From assembly GCA_043228905.1 (NCBI GenBank), contig JBHGNT010000006.1, positions 15,252,001 to 15,316,000 of the forward strand: a stretch of DNA of 64,000 nucleotides. The letters run 5' to 3'. A program made the translations under genes and the position numbers. Positions within the stretch are counted from its first letter, which is position 1; every line of letters begins with the position of its first letter. The notes under the pieces were generated by a model, which searched no databases, had not been told where the DNA came from, and saw only the letters and a program-made list of their open reading frames with translations. Origin of the DNA: Azolla caroliniana. Lineage: Eukaryota; Plantae; Polypodiophyta. Below, one piece after another: positions 12,656-25,460 of this stretch.

Positions 12656-14105
12656 TGTTAAGAGTATATTACTAATCAATAGACCAAAGTAAAGTAAAAG
12701 AAGGAAAATAGATTGGATAGAAGAACTCGTTCCACCTGACCACCCCCGAGCTATGATCTAGACATAGCCAACCTACCACCAACGTCCCATACCGCCGTAT
12801 ATTAGGATGACTAATACCTTGGAAGATATAAACACGATCGTCGAGATGAAAGCCTAGCCCGCACCACCGGTGTCTAAGACAACAACCTTCCAACGTAATG
12901 TGTTTATGAGGGTAGCTAAGCCTCATATTTATACCTTCTCCTAGGCTCCTTGAATAGATGTGCCTTTCTAAAATGGTCTCCATTCATTGGCTGCCCAAAT
13001 AATGATAGTGCATGCACCGATCATTCCTTCTATCCAATCACATTAGCCCCTTTTTTAACATTAGTGAACATATCCTTCACTAATGTAAATATTAGTGACC
13101 TACCCTCACCAACGTTATGTGTACATAACATACTCCCCTACTTTAAAGATTGCACTCTTGCAATATAAAGTGAGGAAATTGTGCCTTAAGAGTATGCTCG
13201 CGTTCCCATGTGGCATCATCAATAGGTTTATCCATCCATTTGATCTTGAATAGCTGAATCTCTTTAGAACGTAAACGTTTAGTACGAGAATCAAGAATTC
13301 GTTCAGGAACATGAGGTTTGTAAGAAAAATCCTCTAATGTTACAAGATCTTGGATTGTGATGGTGTTATCACCAGATGGTTTTAGATGACTGACGTGAAA
13401 AACAGGATGAATACCAACGTTACAGGGTAAGGCAAGGTGATAAGCAGATGACCCAACTCGCTTAAGGATTTCAAATGGGCCACATATCGTGGGGCTAACT
13501 TAGCGCACTTGCCCGTAGACAATGACGTAGAGTCAGAAGGGACACGCAAAAATTCTTTTTGACCAATAGTAAATGCACGAGCACGTCTCTCCCGATCAGC
13601 ATAAAATCGAGCACGATCTTCAGCTGTCTTGACATTTTCTTTGGCAATATGCAACATTTGGTTCATGTCTTGCAAAAAGTTGCGTGTAATGTCTAATGTA
13701 TCATGATGAATCGTGACATCGACTAGGGCACGTGGCTAAAAACAATACATCAACATAAAAGGACTATATCTAGTGGATGTATTTTTAGAGCTATTATAGG
13801 CAAATTCTAAGATAGGAAGGCATTGGTCCCACTTAGAAGGGGTTTTGCTACATAAGCTCGAAGTATGTCTTCAATAATTTGATTAACTCGTTCAGTTTAT
13901 CCATTAGATTGAGGATGATATGTGGAACTCATGCTCAACGTAGTTTCTAGTTTCTTAAAGACCTAAGTTCAAAAGTCACTAGTAAACTTGGAATTTTGAT
14001 CACTAACAATACGCATTGGTAATCCATAAAAGCAAAATAACTCATCAACAAATTGATAAGCCAATTGTTGAGCGGTTACCGTGGTTTTGGTAGGAATACA
14101 TAACA
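12656..14105 (-). mobile_element. Internally deleted chromovirus family E copy (3' LTR 12656-13130, PPT, chromodomain, integrase end, ~9-bp 5' LTR stub); TSD ACACC
   Basis: ACACC occurs at 12651-12655 and 14106-14110. The LTR matches 23231-23704. TGTTATGTA is fused directly to integrase sequence '[12 protein letters not shown]'. Confidence 0.88.
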
Positions 14106-15524
14106 ACACCCTCTTTTCTTCATTACCAAGCCATTTCCCCCTCTTTGTGTATCGTGCGACAATGTCCCACACATTTTCCCATGTATTGGTGAGGCCAAGC
14201 TCGGTACTCGTATCCTCTAGAAGCACTCCAAGATCTTTCCGGTCCCGGATGTCCACGGCTCGTAAGAACATGATCACTTTGTCCAGTGCGAGGATAGCTT
14301 GATCTCTCGCAGACAACCTCCCGAGTCAGATTTCGAATGCCGAAAACACATCGAGGACCTTTAGCCCCTTATTCAGTGTTTCCACCCAATCTTCGAATCC
14401 CCTCCGCGTTGCCTTGGAGGAGTTCTCGATTGTGAATGTAGTCTTCAATGCTTCTTCAAACACCACCCACGTCAAATTTTGTTGTCGTATCCCATGGATA
14501 CCCCCTTGAAGCCATTGGTAGCCACCCGATTGAAGGATGTCACTTGCAATCCTTCCGATATTCCGGCTTGTAGTCTCATAGATAACTTGACACATCTTTC
14601 TTGTTAAATTGTCCGTTTCGTTGCACGAGCTGCTTTACTGCCGCCGCAATCTCTGACACCGTGCATTGTTCTTGTAGCATCCACTCGAACATTGTCATCA
14701 TGTTGTTAGCCTCTGGTTGATTCTCCATCTCCTTACCACCCGGTTTCACGCCGGGTTCACCAAATGTGTCATGCCTTTCGGCGTCGGATCGTTGCGTGAG
14801 TCGGATGGAAACCACTAAGGTTATGGACTAGGAGGAGAGTTTTAAGGCTATTAAGAATATGTGTGTATTATAAGAAAGAGATAACGAAAACTTGTAAATC
14901 CCACAAGTGTATTGTATTATATTAATCAACCCTTAGAATTCTAATAGTAAATTGGATTAGATTGGAAAAGATAGTTTGAAAATTGGGAATCATCTGAATA
15001 TAGTGAATTTGATCAATATTTAGAAACCCAAATCAAAACAACCCTTACAATTTGCTTCCCCCCATCATTATATAGTGATGGGAGAGACAAAGTATATCCT
15101 ACTACATGCAAGCATGATGCTTTTTCTCTAACTTGAGTGGTCATGCACACTAGATGTCCTACTTTTTTCTATCATACTTTTTCTATCATACTTTTTCTTT
15201 TTTCCTTTTTCTTTTTTCTTTTTTAACCCAAGTGTTCATGCACACTCGATGTACATGAAGCACTTTCTATCATGATTTTTCTTTTAACTCGAGTTTATGC
15301 ATGAATGCCCTTTCTATCATGCTTATCTACAATATTTACGTGAGATAAACTTTTGTATAATTAAAATCTATAACTTTAATACTCACAATGTATTAGTACA
15401 ATGGGTTCAAATCTTTCCCTATGCATGTAATATAATTATTTTAGTAATTTCTCCTATGTCTTTATACTTAGTTAATCGGGTACTCTACGCATATTTTACG
15501 TAGTGTACAAAGCACACTACGATA

Positions 15525-16612
15525 GTGTGTTCTGCAAAAAGAAGGGTCATACGAAAGAGCAATGTCGCAAGCCCCAACGGAAAGAGCACGACAACAAAAC
15601 CAAAGTTGCAAACCATAAAGGTGAGATTCTTGATGTCCTTGAGGTCTATACATATCATTTAAGTTGTTGTAAATGTTCTTTCCCTCACTATGTATTGGGA
15701 CCCAATGATTTACTACGTGCAAACAGGTATATCAATGGATCTCCAGTACAATTCTCATTTGATTCGGGAAGCTCACATAATTTTGTGAATGATCATTTGG
15801 TTCAGATATGGGGAATCCAACCTACCGTAAGTGATCACACCTATAAGGGGCACTTGGCTGATGGAAGAGCACAATACATCAACATGGTGATTCATTCATT
15901 AGGAATTTCTATTGATACTTATATAGAAGAAATAGATTTCCATGCAATGAATCTTTGTACCACTAATGTAATACTGGGTTATCCCTGGTTTTTTAATAAA
16001 TACTTTTCATTATCTATTGATTGGGTTCACCATTCAATTACTTTTGTACTGAACGATTGTACTCATTTTATTCAAGGTATAAAAAACAATCTCTTTCGAT
16101 TGTTTCCTCTCCATCAATATCCGAGTTGTCTTGTTCTTGTTTATTTTATTGTGTACTTGATCCGAACATTCACATTTATAATATCAATAGTGTCTCGGGT
16201 CATTTATCATATTTTGAACAACAACAACTCGATGAAATCTTAAATGATTTTCGTGATGTTTTTCCAAGTGAACTACCACATCCTCCTAAACGTAATATAG
16301 ACCATCATATAGATATTGTACCTGGTGTTGCACCAATAAGTATACCTCCATATCGCTTAAGTCGATTCGAAGAGGATGGGGTATCTAAGCAACTCAAGGA
16401 CTATTTACAAATGGGTTATATACGTTATAGTAAATCACCATGGGGGGCACCTGTTCTCTTGGTAAAAAAGAAAGAGGGCACATGGCTCCAAGCATACATC
16501 GACGAGATATAGTCCTTTTATGTTGATGTATGGTTTTCAGGCACGAGCTATGATTGATGCTAATATACATCAGGATGAGTTGCGAAGTACGCAAAACTTT
16601 CTTCGGGATATG
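15525..16612 (+). pseudogene. Chromovirus family I fragment K (zinc knuckle, protease, RT start, then deletion into integrase)
   Basis: FCKKKGHTKEQC, FDSGSSHNF and [16 protein letters not shown]; junction at ~16486 into [11 protein letters not shown]; homologous to 30352-33900. Confidence 0.85.
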
Positions 16613-17478
16613 CCCCTCTTTAAAACATTGGAGTCTTGCAATGAAAAGTTAGGGAAGTTAGTTTTAAGAGTTTTTTCTCGTTCCCATTTAGCATATTGTA
16701 TAGACTTATCCATCCATTTAATTATAAATTCTCGTATTATTTTAGAATGCAAATATTTCATTTTAACATCGAGAATTCTCTCTCGTACATATGGTTTAGA
16801 ATATAATTCTTCAGAAGTAACCAGAGTTTAAGTTGTGACTGTATTATCGCCAGAACCAAGAAATTCTTTTAGACAACTTACATAAAAAACTAGATGGACT
16901 TCAATGCCATCAGGAAGAGCGAGGCAATAGGTTGATGAACCAATGCATTTAAGGACCGTATAAAGGCCCACAAAACTGTGGGGCTAACTTAGTGCACTTA
17001 CCCATACACAATGTCTTAGATTTGTGAGGTACACATAAACCTTCTATCCAGGGTTGAATACACGAGCTTGCCTATTATGATCGGCATAAAAACACGCTCT
17101 ATCTTGAGTTGCTTTTATATTATCTCATGCAATATGCAACATATCTTACATATCTTGAGGAAAGTTTTGTGTACTTCACAACTCATCATGATGTATATTA
17201 ACATCAATTGGAGCTTGTGGCTGAAAACCATACATCAACATAAAAGGACTATATCCCGTTGATGTATGTTTGGAGTTGTTATAAGCAAACTCCAAACATT
17301 GGGAGATAACGTTCCCATTTTGTTAGCTTTGCACCAACATATGCTCGAAGCATATCCTCAATAATTTGATTTACTCATTGCGTCTGTCCATCGGATTGAG
17401 GATGATCCGTGGAGGTCATGCTCAATGTAGTTTCTAACTTCTTAGAGACTTGCGTCCAAAAGTCTCTAGTAAACTTTG
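16613..17478 (-). pseudogene. Chromovirus family I integrase-chromodomain fragment, opposite orientation to K
   Basis: Homologous to 22420-23230 ([28 protein letters not shown]). Confidence 0.85.
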
Positions 17479-17720
17479 TGTTGGCCCTAGGAGTATGATT
17501 CGACGAAGAAGTGTGGACAGGGAAGAGTTGGAACGGAGGAATATTATGAATATTAGTTAATAAGTATTACGAAAAGGACGGATCCAGATAGTTATACTAA
17601 TCTGGATTCACACCGATTAAATAGTCGATAGTCGGTAAGGCACTGTTTTGTAATCTATATCGGATGCCTATAAAAGGATGTATAATCTTACGGAAGTAAT
17701 ACAAGTTAAGCATGTTTCGT
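17479..17720 (+). repeat. Partial LTR (element L), probably related to the element X LTR
   Basis: Begins TGTTGG exactly where the integrase homology stops, and shares the GGCAC..TTTGTA...CCTATAAAAGG TATA-region layout with LTR 868-1329. The 3' end was not found. Confidence 0.5.
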
Positions 17721-17842
17721 TGTTAAAAAAACAGAAAAGAAAACATATACAAGATTTTGAATGGTAATAATGAAAAGGCATGTTGACAACCACATTTAAG
17801 GAGCACCATGCGTCACAATCATACTATAATGATACACAACGT

Positions 17843-18616
17843 TGTCGTAGTGTATTTCGTACACTACGTGAAAAACTTATAAAGTACCGATTTAATAAAT
17901 ATGAATAAATAGTAGAAAATATTAAAATATATATAACATGCATAGGGCCAAATTCAAACCTTGCACCTCCATGTTAATAATGTAATGTCTTACCATTACA
18001 CTAGCATTTCATTAGTGTTCAAAAGTAGATGTTCCAAATAGAAAGGTTAGTTCACTTATGATAAACTTTAGTTAAAAGAAAAACGCATGCTAAAAGAAAA
18101 AGCTACGCATGCACATCTAGCGTGCATGAACGCTGTAGTTGATAATAAAAAACGCAGAAGTTAGAAAAAGCATGATCACTTTAGATCAAGCATATACTCT
18201 ATCTATAGGAAAAACATGGAGTCTATAGTTAGAGAAGAAAAAGCATGGATTGCTAAGACTCTCTCTCATCTCTATATAAGGATGAGGAGCACAATGTAAG
18301 TGTGTAAAATATTTGAAAATTGGATATATTTCTAAAAGACACCAATTAAAATATGCCTGGGATTCACGAAATAATCTATACTTGTGGGATTCACAAGTTC
18401 TTTTTAATCTCTTTCTTTCAATCTAAATACATATTCTTATCTAAATATTGATTAATCGAATACAATACACTCGTGGGATTCACGAGATTTCTATCTCTCT
18501 TTCTAATAATCGATCCATAACTATAAAGTTGTCTCAAATTCTTCTTCCTCCTAGTCCAAAACCCCAGCAGTTCCCACCCGACTCACGCAAACGATCTGGC
18601 GCCGAAAGGCACGACA
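17843..18616 (+). mobile_element. Solo LTR, family F (same family as the element B LTR)
   Basis: TGTCGTAG...GCACGACA; AACGT on the left and CA+AACGT on the right; homologous to 35533-36258 and 14767-15524. Confidence 0.85.
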
Positions 18617-18635
18617 CAAACGTGCCAACACAGGA

Positions 18636-21631
18636 ATGAAGAATAGGCAGTTGAAGAAGATGGGGATACAAAATTTCTAGAAGAACGAAGGAGTCTCATT
18701 TCGTGATCAGAAGATTTCAAGAGCACAGAGCATGCAGAACTCTGGAAAAGCACATGTAATCAACCTCCGAACCGAGCTCAACACAAAAACCGGCGAACCA
18801 ATGGTTGTCTCCGCAGAAGCAAAGGGTTGGCTCACAATGCACGGGCTCAAAGGTTTTATCTAGGTAGTAGAGGCACCACCACACAAGGAACCGGAGAAGT
18901 ACGCCACGACCATCGACATCGAGGGAATCTCCGATGTAACGGTGTAAGCGGCGATTGAATTACTGTCCGGAGGCCTACAATCAATTGAAAACCCCTCCAC
19001 CCAAAATTTGATAGGTTATTTCGGGGAGTTCTCTATAGGTAGCAAGGCATATCAAACACAGGACGGCAAGAATCCCTTATACCAAGAGGTGGCAAGAGTC
19101 TTGTTGGAATATGGATTTGTCTATCCTCGGCCACTCGTCATGCCAAAGAATAAGGCCAGATTTATCATAGAATCATTTGAAGGCTTAAAGGTGGACTAGC
19201 CATTGATTATTGTTGACTCACTCTGGACGACGATCGCAACAGTGGTCGACGATAAGAAGGCTTGGACAGGAGTGACACAATGGTTGACAGTGTTTGCGCC
19301 ACCAACAAGGGCTATCAAGGCAAAGAAAAGGGAAAGGGCAGAGACAATGCCCAGTCAACCATCGAAACGACAACAACCACTGGCATGACGTACCCCCAGA
19401 TGGATAGGAGAGGCATACTGACAAGAAGAACCATTTCTGGAGCCCATAAGAGTGGAACTGACAAGGCTAGCAAAGCCCATTAAAATAAAGCTGTGGAGAT
19501 AGGATAGAGTGCAAGAGCAGCCGGTATGAGCAGAGATGCACACCAGGAGACCGCGGGAGATGAGGAGATTGAAGAAGAAGAAGAACCTCTTCAGATGCCT
19601 CCTAGAACATGTCACAAGGAGCAACATGGGGATGGATCAGGTACGGAGAAGGACAATGTACCGACCACCCACTCAATGGTGGTGGAGCCAAGGCCGGCCA
19701 AGTGTGCCGAGAAGGAGAGACCAGAAACCACTGAGAGGGTTCCACCAGAACTAGAGCCAGAAAGAATAGTACAACCGGGTTCGACACAACTGCAATAGGA
19801 GGCAGAAAGGCCGGAACCGGAATTGGAACCGGTGATAGAAGCACCGGTAATTCAGAGTTTAGGGGCACAATGGGGAGACATGCCGGGAGAAGTACAATAG
19901 TTCTCTATACTTCAACAACAGGGAACTTGCTGAATGTGGTTGGAATGGTTGGGCAAGCAGGTTACCAGAGTGGTGGATCGGGTAGAAGCGAAATGACTAG
20001 AGACGTTCAGACGGCCCACATAGACAGAGCAATTGATGACGGTGACTGGATAGTTGGAAGAGGCCCGGAACCGAATTAGGAGCTTGGAAGAAGAACTAGA
20101 AAAGGCCAAGGAGTTAGCGACCATTATGGCGAACATGGGCCATAACACCAGCCTAGAGATGGAGCCGGTCGAACAAGAACGAACATAGGAAGAGGTTCTG
20201 GTGAAAGAAGTAGAACCAATGGCTAGTAGGGTACCGAAGAATGAGCGTGAGTGGAAGAAAGAAATCGAAGCACTCAAGGAAGTGTTTGTTGTGCAAGTAG
20301 CACTGAGAGAGAAAGAAAAAGACCTGTGGAAGACAACTGAGGAAGAGAAATGGAGGATAAAAGAGAGTCTCCGGAAGATACAAACCAACAATGACCAGTT
20401 GAAGGAAGAGAAAGAGAATCTGCTGCAAGAAAAAGATAAACTCCGGACAATGGCAGAGACAGAAATTGAGTGGTGGAAGGAAGAAATTCGACAACAGAAG
20501 GACCGGGACGATCGGCTACAATTGCAAGTCAGCCAGCGTCTCAAGCAAAAATGGGAGAACTTTGACAAGTTGTACTAGAACTACAAGAAGTTGGAAGTGG
20601 ATTATGACCAATGTTGAGATATCAAGCTCAACTAGTTTAATCTAGTTAGTCAACACATGTAACTTAGTAGTTACCTAGATCGAATCTAGTTAATGTGTTG
20701 ACCTTAAGCCTTTAAATAGGACCTTGTACTTAAGTGGGATATTCTAGATCCTCCACTCCTTAGTACATTTAATGTAGGACTTACACATAAGTACATATGT
20801 TCTACCCACACATGTGCACCTTTGCACATGGGTAGTATATATACCTCATTGTGGGTATTTTTGTAGTTGATGACACTTTTCAATATAGTCAATCATCCCC
20901 CATTTATCTTTATGTTCAAGTGTAACTTCCTCTCTCTCTCTCTCTCTTCCTCTCACACACTCTCACGCGCATATCATACTAATCTTCTGCTGCTTAACGT
21001 AACCATATAATTAGTCTCTAATTAACCCTAGTTAATTACCTAATTACTTAACAACCAGCAATAGGAGAAGTTGAAAGAACTCCGGGTAGAACTCAAGGAG
21101 AAGATGAAGGCTCTAGCAGCTCAGGAGAAGTTGCTGGAAGAAAGAACGATGTAGCTACTCACTGACACGAAAAAAGAGCAGTCGGAGTTGCTTGACACTC
21201 AAAACCAAATCATTGAGCATTGGAAGAAGACATTGGAAAGGGTCTAGATGATATATCAGACCTAGTTCAAGGATTATGAGGTGTAGGCAGCGGCAACGAT
21301 GACATTAATAACGCAGATGAAGAAGGACAAAGAGGCAATGGAGGACAAAATGAAGATGGGCATAAAGCGTATCGAGATCATAATCGGAGCTCAACGGGAA
21401 TGGATGAAGGGGAAGATGGAGAAGTGTTCCGCAGCAATCTGGAGCCAATGGGCTAAGTAGGCGGCTGCACTTCAAGTTCTCCGAGGTGATGCCGAGAACC
21501 GGAAGAAGGACAAAGATAATTTCTACAAGATGGATGAACCTAGTGTTATCACCATCCAGGAGGATTTGTCCAACGATTTTGACACTTTGGTTGATGCACA
21601 AATGGACGCTATCCGAAGGTTCCTTGAAGGA
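18636..21631 (+). pseudogene. Long degenerate ORF (~850 codons) with globular N-terminus and Glu/Lys coiled-coil C-terminus; probable retrotransposon accessory ORF of element L
   Basis: Collinear fragments LIGYFGEFSIGSKAY...FIIESFEGLKVD*PLIIVDSL, then EKE/KEE-rich heptads continuing across a solo LTR. No gag/pol motifs and no visible introns. Confidence 0.55.
20612..21053 (+). mobile_element. Solo LTR of Copia family C
   Basis: TGTTGAGATATCAAGCTCAAC...TACTTAACA, homologous to 6545-6993; TSD ACCAA/ACCAG. Confidence 0.9.
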
Positions 21632-24139
21632 TGTTAGGATCAGAACCAACCACAACTGGTTACTCTTATGTATGTTCGGGTGCAAAGAATCGACAATGGT
21701 AGTGCACAGACAAGAAAGAACAGAAACGAGAAATTAAAAAACGAGACATAGATATTTAACGTGGAAAACCCAAAAAGGGAAAAACCACAGGGGTCCACAA
21801 AACCCGAGAAACAGAATCACCATAATGAGGGAGGAATACAAGGAGACTTGGAGGCAACAACCTCGAGCTCGTATTCGTCAAAATGATGGTTCAACCGACA
21901 TGTTCGAATCGGTATATCCTTCCTGGTTACCTGAGCCGAATCGAAGACACACTCGAGGTGCCTATTAAAGATCTAGGTACTAATGTAAGCTTAAGATAAG
22001 GATAAACTAATGATAGATAAAAAGGAGAAAGAGAAAAGAAGAGTGTCGATCCACCCGACCACCCCCGAGCGAAGGGATCGAGACGGACTCGAGCCTCGAT
22101 CGGCGTCCCATACCACCGCCGTGGCGTCGAGTCGTACCTGGTGCTGGCGTGCTCGCTACAAGAGTTGACCCACCACAAGAGCAGAGTCTCGATGTAGTCA
22201 AAAGATGATCAAATGAGGGTAGCCAGGCCTCTTATTTATAGCGATACCCAAGGCCCCCTAGGCAAGTTCACACTTGACCTAATGGGTTGTCTCAATCCCG
22301 AGGATTAAAAGTAATCCTCCCCTTCTTTACACTCTTGTTTAACCCTCACACTTATCCACGTGTATAGAATACTACGGTAAATTCTCGCCATGGGATATTA
22401 AATGGTCATGCCCGTAACATACTCCCTTCTTTAAAACATTGCACTCTTGCAATGGAATGTTAGGGAAGTTTGTTCTTAGAGTATTCTCGCGTTCCCATGT
22501 GGCATCTTTGATAGATTTTTCCATCCATTTAATTTTAAACTCTCGGATTTCTTTAGCACGTAAGTTTTTTGTTTTAACATCGAGAATTCTTTCTGGTACA
22601 TGTGGTTTTGAAGATAAATCTTTAGAAGTAACCAGAGTTTCAGTTGTAACTGTGTTGTCGCCAAAACCTAGAAGTTCTTTTAGACGACTCACATGGAAGA
22701 CTGGATGAATTCCAACACCATCGGGAAGAATGAGATGATAGGCTGATGACCCAATGCGTTTGAGAACTGTAAAAGGCCCACAAAACCGTGGGGCTAACTT
22801 AGCGCACTTACCCGTAGACAATGTCTTAGAATTGTGAGGTACATGTAAAAATACCTTTTGTCTAGGGTTGAATACACGAGGTTGCCTATGATGGTCCGCA
22901 TAAAAACGCACTCTATCTTGAGCTGTTTTTATATTATCTCGTGCAATATGCAACATATCTTGCATATCCCGAAGAAAGTTTTGTGTACTTCGCAACTCAT
23001 CATGATGTATATTAACATCAATCGGGGCTCGTGGCTGAAAACCATACATCAACATAAAAGGACTATATCCCGTCGACGTATGCTTGGAGTTGTTATAAGA
23101 AAAATCCAAAATTGGGAGATAACGTTCCCATTTTGTTGGTTTTGCACCAACGTATGCTCGAAGCATGTCCTCAGTAATTTGATTTACTCGTTTTGTCTGT
23201 CCATCGGATTGAGGATGATCCGTGGAGCTCTGTTATGTACACATAACGTTGGTGAGGGTAGGTCACTAATATTTACATTAGTGAAGGGTATGTTCACTAT
23301 TATTAAAAAGGGGACTAATGATTGGATAGAATGAATGATATGTGCATGCACTATCATGATTTAGACAACCAATGAATAGAGAGCCTTTTAGAAAGGCACA
23401 TCTATTCAAGGGGCCTAGGAAAAGGTATAAATATGAGGCTTAGCTACCCTCATAGAGAGGATCACGTCGGAAGGCTGCTGTCGTAGACACCGGTGGTGCG
23501 GGCTAGGCTTTCGTCTCGACGATCGTGTTTATCTCTTCCAAGGTATTAGTCATCCTAATATCCGGCGGTATGGGACGTCGGTGGTAGGTTGGCTATGTCT
23601 AGATCATAGCTCGGGGGTGGTCGGGTGGAACGGGTTCTTCTATCCAATCTATTTTCTTCCTTTTTACTTGATTTGGTCTATTGATTAGTAGTAGACTCTT
23701 AACAGTGGTATCAGAGCTTTTACTAACAATTTTTTTGTTGTTTTGATGTTTTTTGCGTGTGAGCGAGGGGGATCTAACAAGGCTCGTCATGCTCTTCTCA
23801 GGATCAAAACAACACTCTAAACCCGGTATTCTTCTTTTTTGATCTCTTCTCTTTTTCTATTATGCGTTCTTTATGGTCGAATCAAATTGGTATTACGTTT
23901 TATTCTCTTTCTTTCTACCTCCTACTACGCTACGATTTTACTTATTATTATGCATTGGGCCGAGCGTGTTTGCACTAATCGCACACGCTCAACTCATGGC
24001 CTTTTGCATATTGCGATATATATCCCACTCTCTCCTCTCTTGAACTCTTACGATAATAATTATTCTTGTGCATTGGGTCGAGCGTGTTTGCTCTAATCGC
24101 ACACGCTTATCTCATGGCCGTTTTGCATATGATGTTGAG

Positions 24140-24470
24140 TATACCACTCTTCCCCTCTATTGAGCCATCACTTGGCCGATTCTAAGGGATGATGTGGCCT
24201 TGACGAGGTGTATGTTGCCTACCTATGCCACTCTACTCTCTATTAAGCCATCAATTGGCCGATTCTACGGGATGTTGTCGCCTTGACAAGGTATATGTAG
24301 CTTACATATGCCACTTTCCTTTTTAATTAGCCATCAATTGGCCGATTCTAAGGGATGATGTGGCCTTGACGAGGTATATGTCACTTACCTATGCCACTTT
24401 CCTCTTTAATTAGCCATTACTTGGCCGATTCTAGGGATATGTGGTGGTCTTGAGGAGGTGCATGTCAACT
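24140..24470 (+). repeat. 83-bp tandem repeat (4 copies) in the leader of element E
   Basis: TTGGCCGATTCTA recurs at 24172, 24255, 24338 and 24421. Confidence 0.85.
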
Positions 24471-25460
24471 ACCCTAGGGTTTCGTATCTTAGGGCATGTT
24501 TGATTCCATACACCTAATTGTTGATTATTCTAATTAAATTTTAATTTCATAAGTATTGTTTCACTTATATGATTTTCTAGTAATTATTATTTACCCGCCC
24601 ACAATTAACTCTCCTTTTTCCACTTCCTTTTCATGTATAAAGTATTTACATCGTTTATTTTTAATGTAACCTTTACGTGTAGACTACTTTTCGTATGGAG
24701 TGGCTTGTTGAACGATTTTTTTTTTTCAACGGGTCATCTAGGTTTAACTCTTATCATCAAGCCTTAGAAAACGAGTAAAACCATATGAGTTCCCTTATTG
24801 ATGTTTTAATCATGGATTTGAGTATTACATCTTTGCGCACAACACCGTCATCACTTGTATCAATTTGTGGCTTATGTCACAATTGTGCAAGTTATAACAA
24901 TCATATTGGGATGTATATGTGCATACCTTGCACTTCCCATTTATTTGTGACATTGTTTTTTTTTGTACGTAACACATGGGTTCTTTTTTTTTACCCTTGT
25001 TTTCGTCACTACTTAACTTTTATGAGTAGTGCCTTATTTTATCATTTTATCATCACGTTTGCTTATTGCTCGCAAGACTAGAATATTACTTGTGAGTGCA
25101 CTTGTTTTTTCACGTAATACACTTTCTCGACCATATAATACATGATGGGTTGGCATTAATATAAGGCTATCTAGGAAATTTCATTGATGTAAGAACCATG
25201 GTTGAGCCTCGGGGAGCCGCCATGATTACTCAAGATAGAGATCCGAGAAATACATCTTAGCTATGTTTTCCCCCATGGTTTTTAAAACACCATAGTGTTA
25301 CCATAGTTATCGGATCTCGAATCACATCTCATATGTCTAGAGGGGTAAAGACATGAGATACTTTCTTGGATAAAGTTCTTTCAATCAAAATTTCAAGCAT
25401 TCATTTTGCTTGTGTATTTTCTGAACCTCCTTATTTTATTGCATACCCACAACGTGCATC

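Larger units (their letters stand above)
4417..15524 (-). mobile_element. Degenerate tRNA-Trp-primed Ty3/Gypsy element B (5' LTR 14767-15524; gag-protease-RT pieces at 14111-14766, 11856-12655, 4417-6544), host of three insertions
   Basis: RT motifs PIPVP...GILEPSNAPYSNRWF..PKK.G.LRFIQDL, GYDQFQL and LPQGATN; protease LIDHGSEINLM; gag CRCIWCNSTEH. PBS TGGTGAACCCGGCGTGAA at 14745-14762. The LTR is homologous to the solo LTRs at 17843 and 35533. Confidence 0.85.

Noticed and set aside
13969-14316. ORF fusing gag-like and integrase-like sequence
   Set aside because: It is a chance in-frame read across the insertion junction at 14105.
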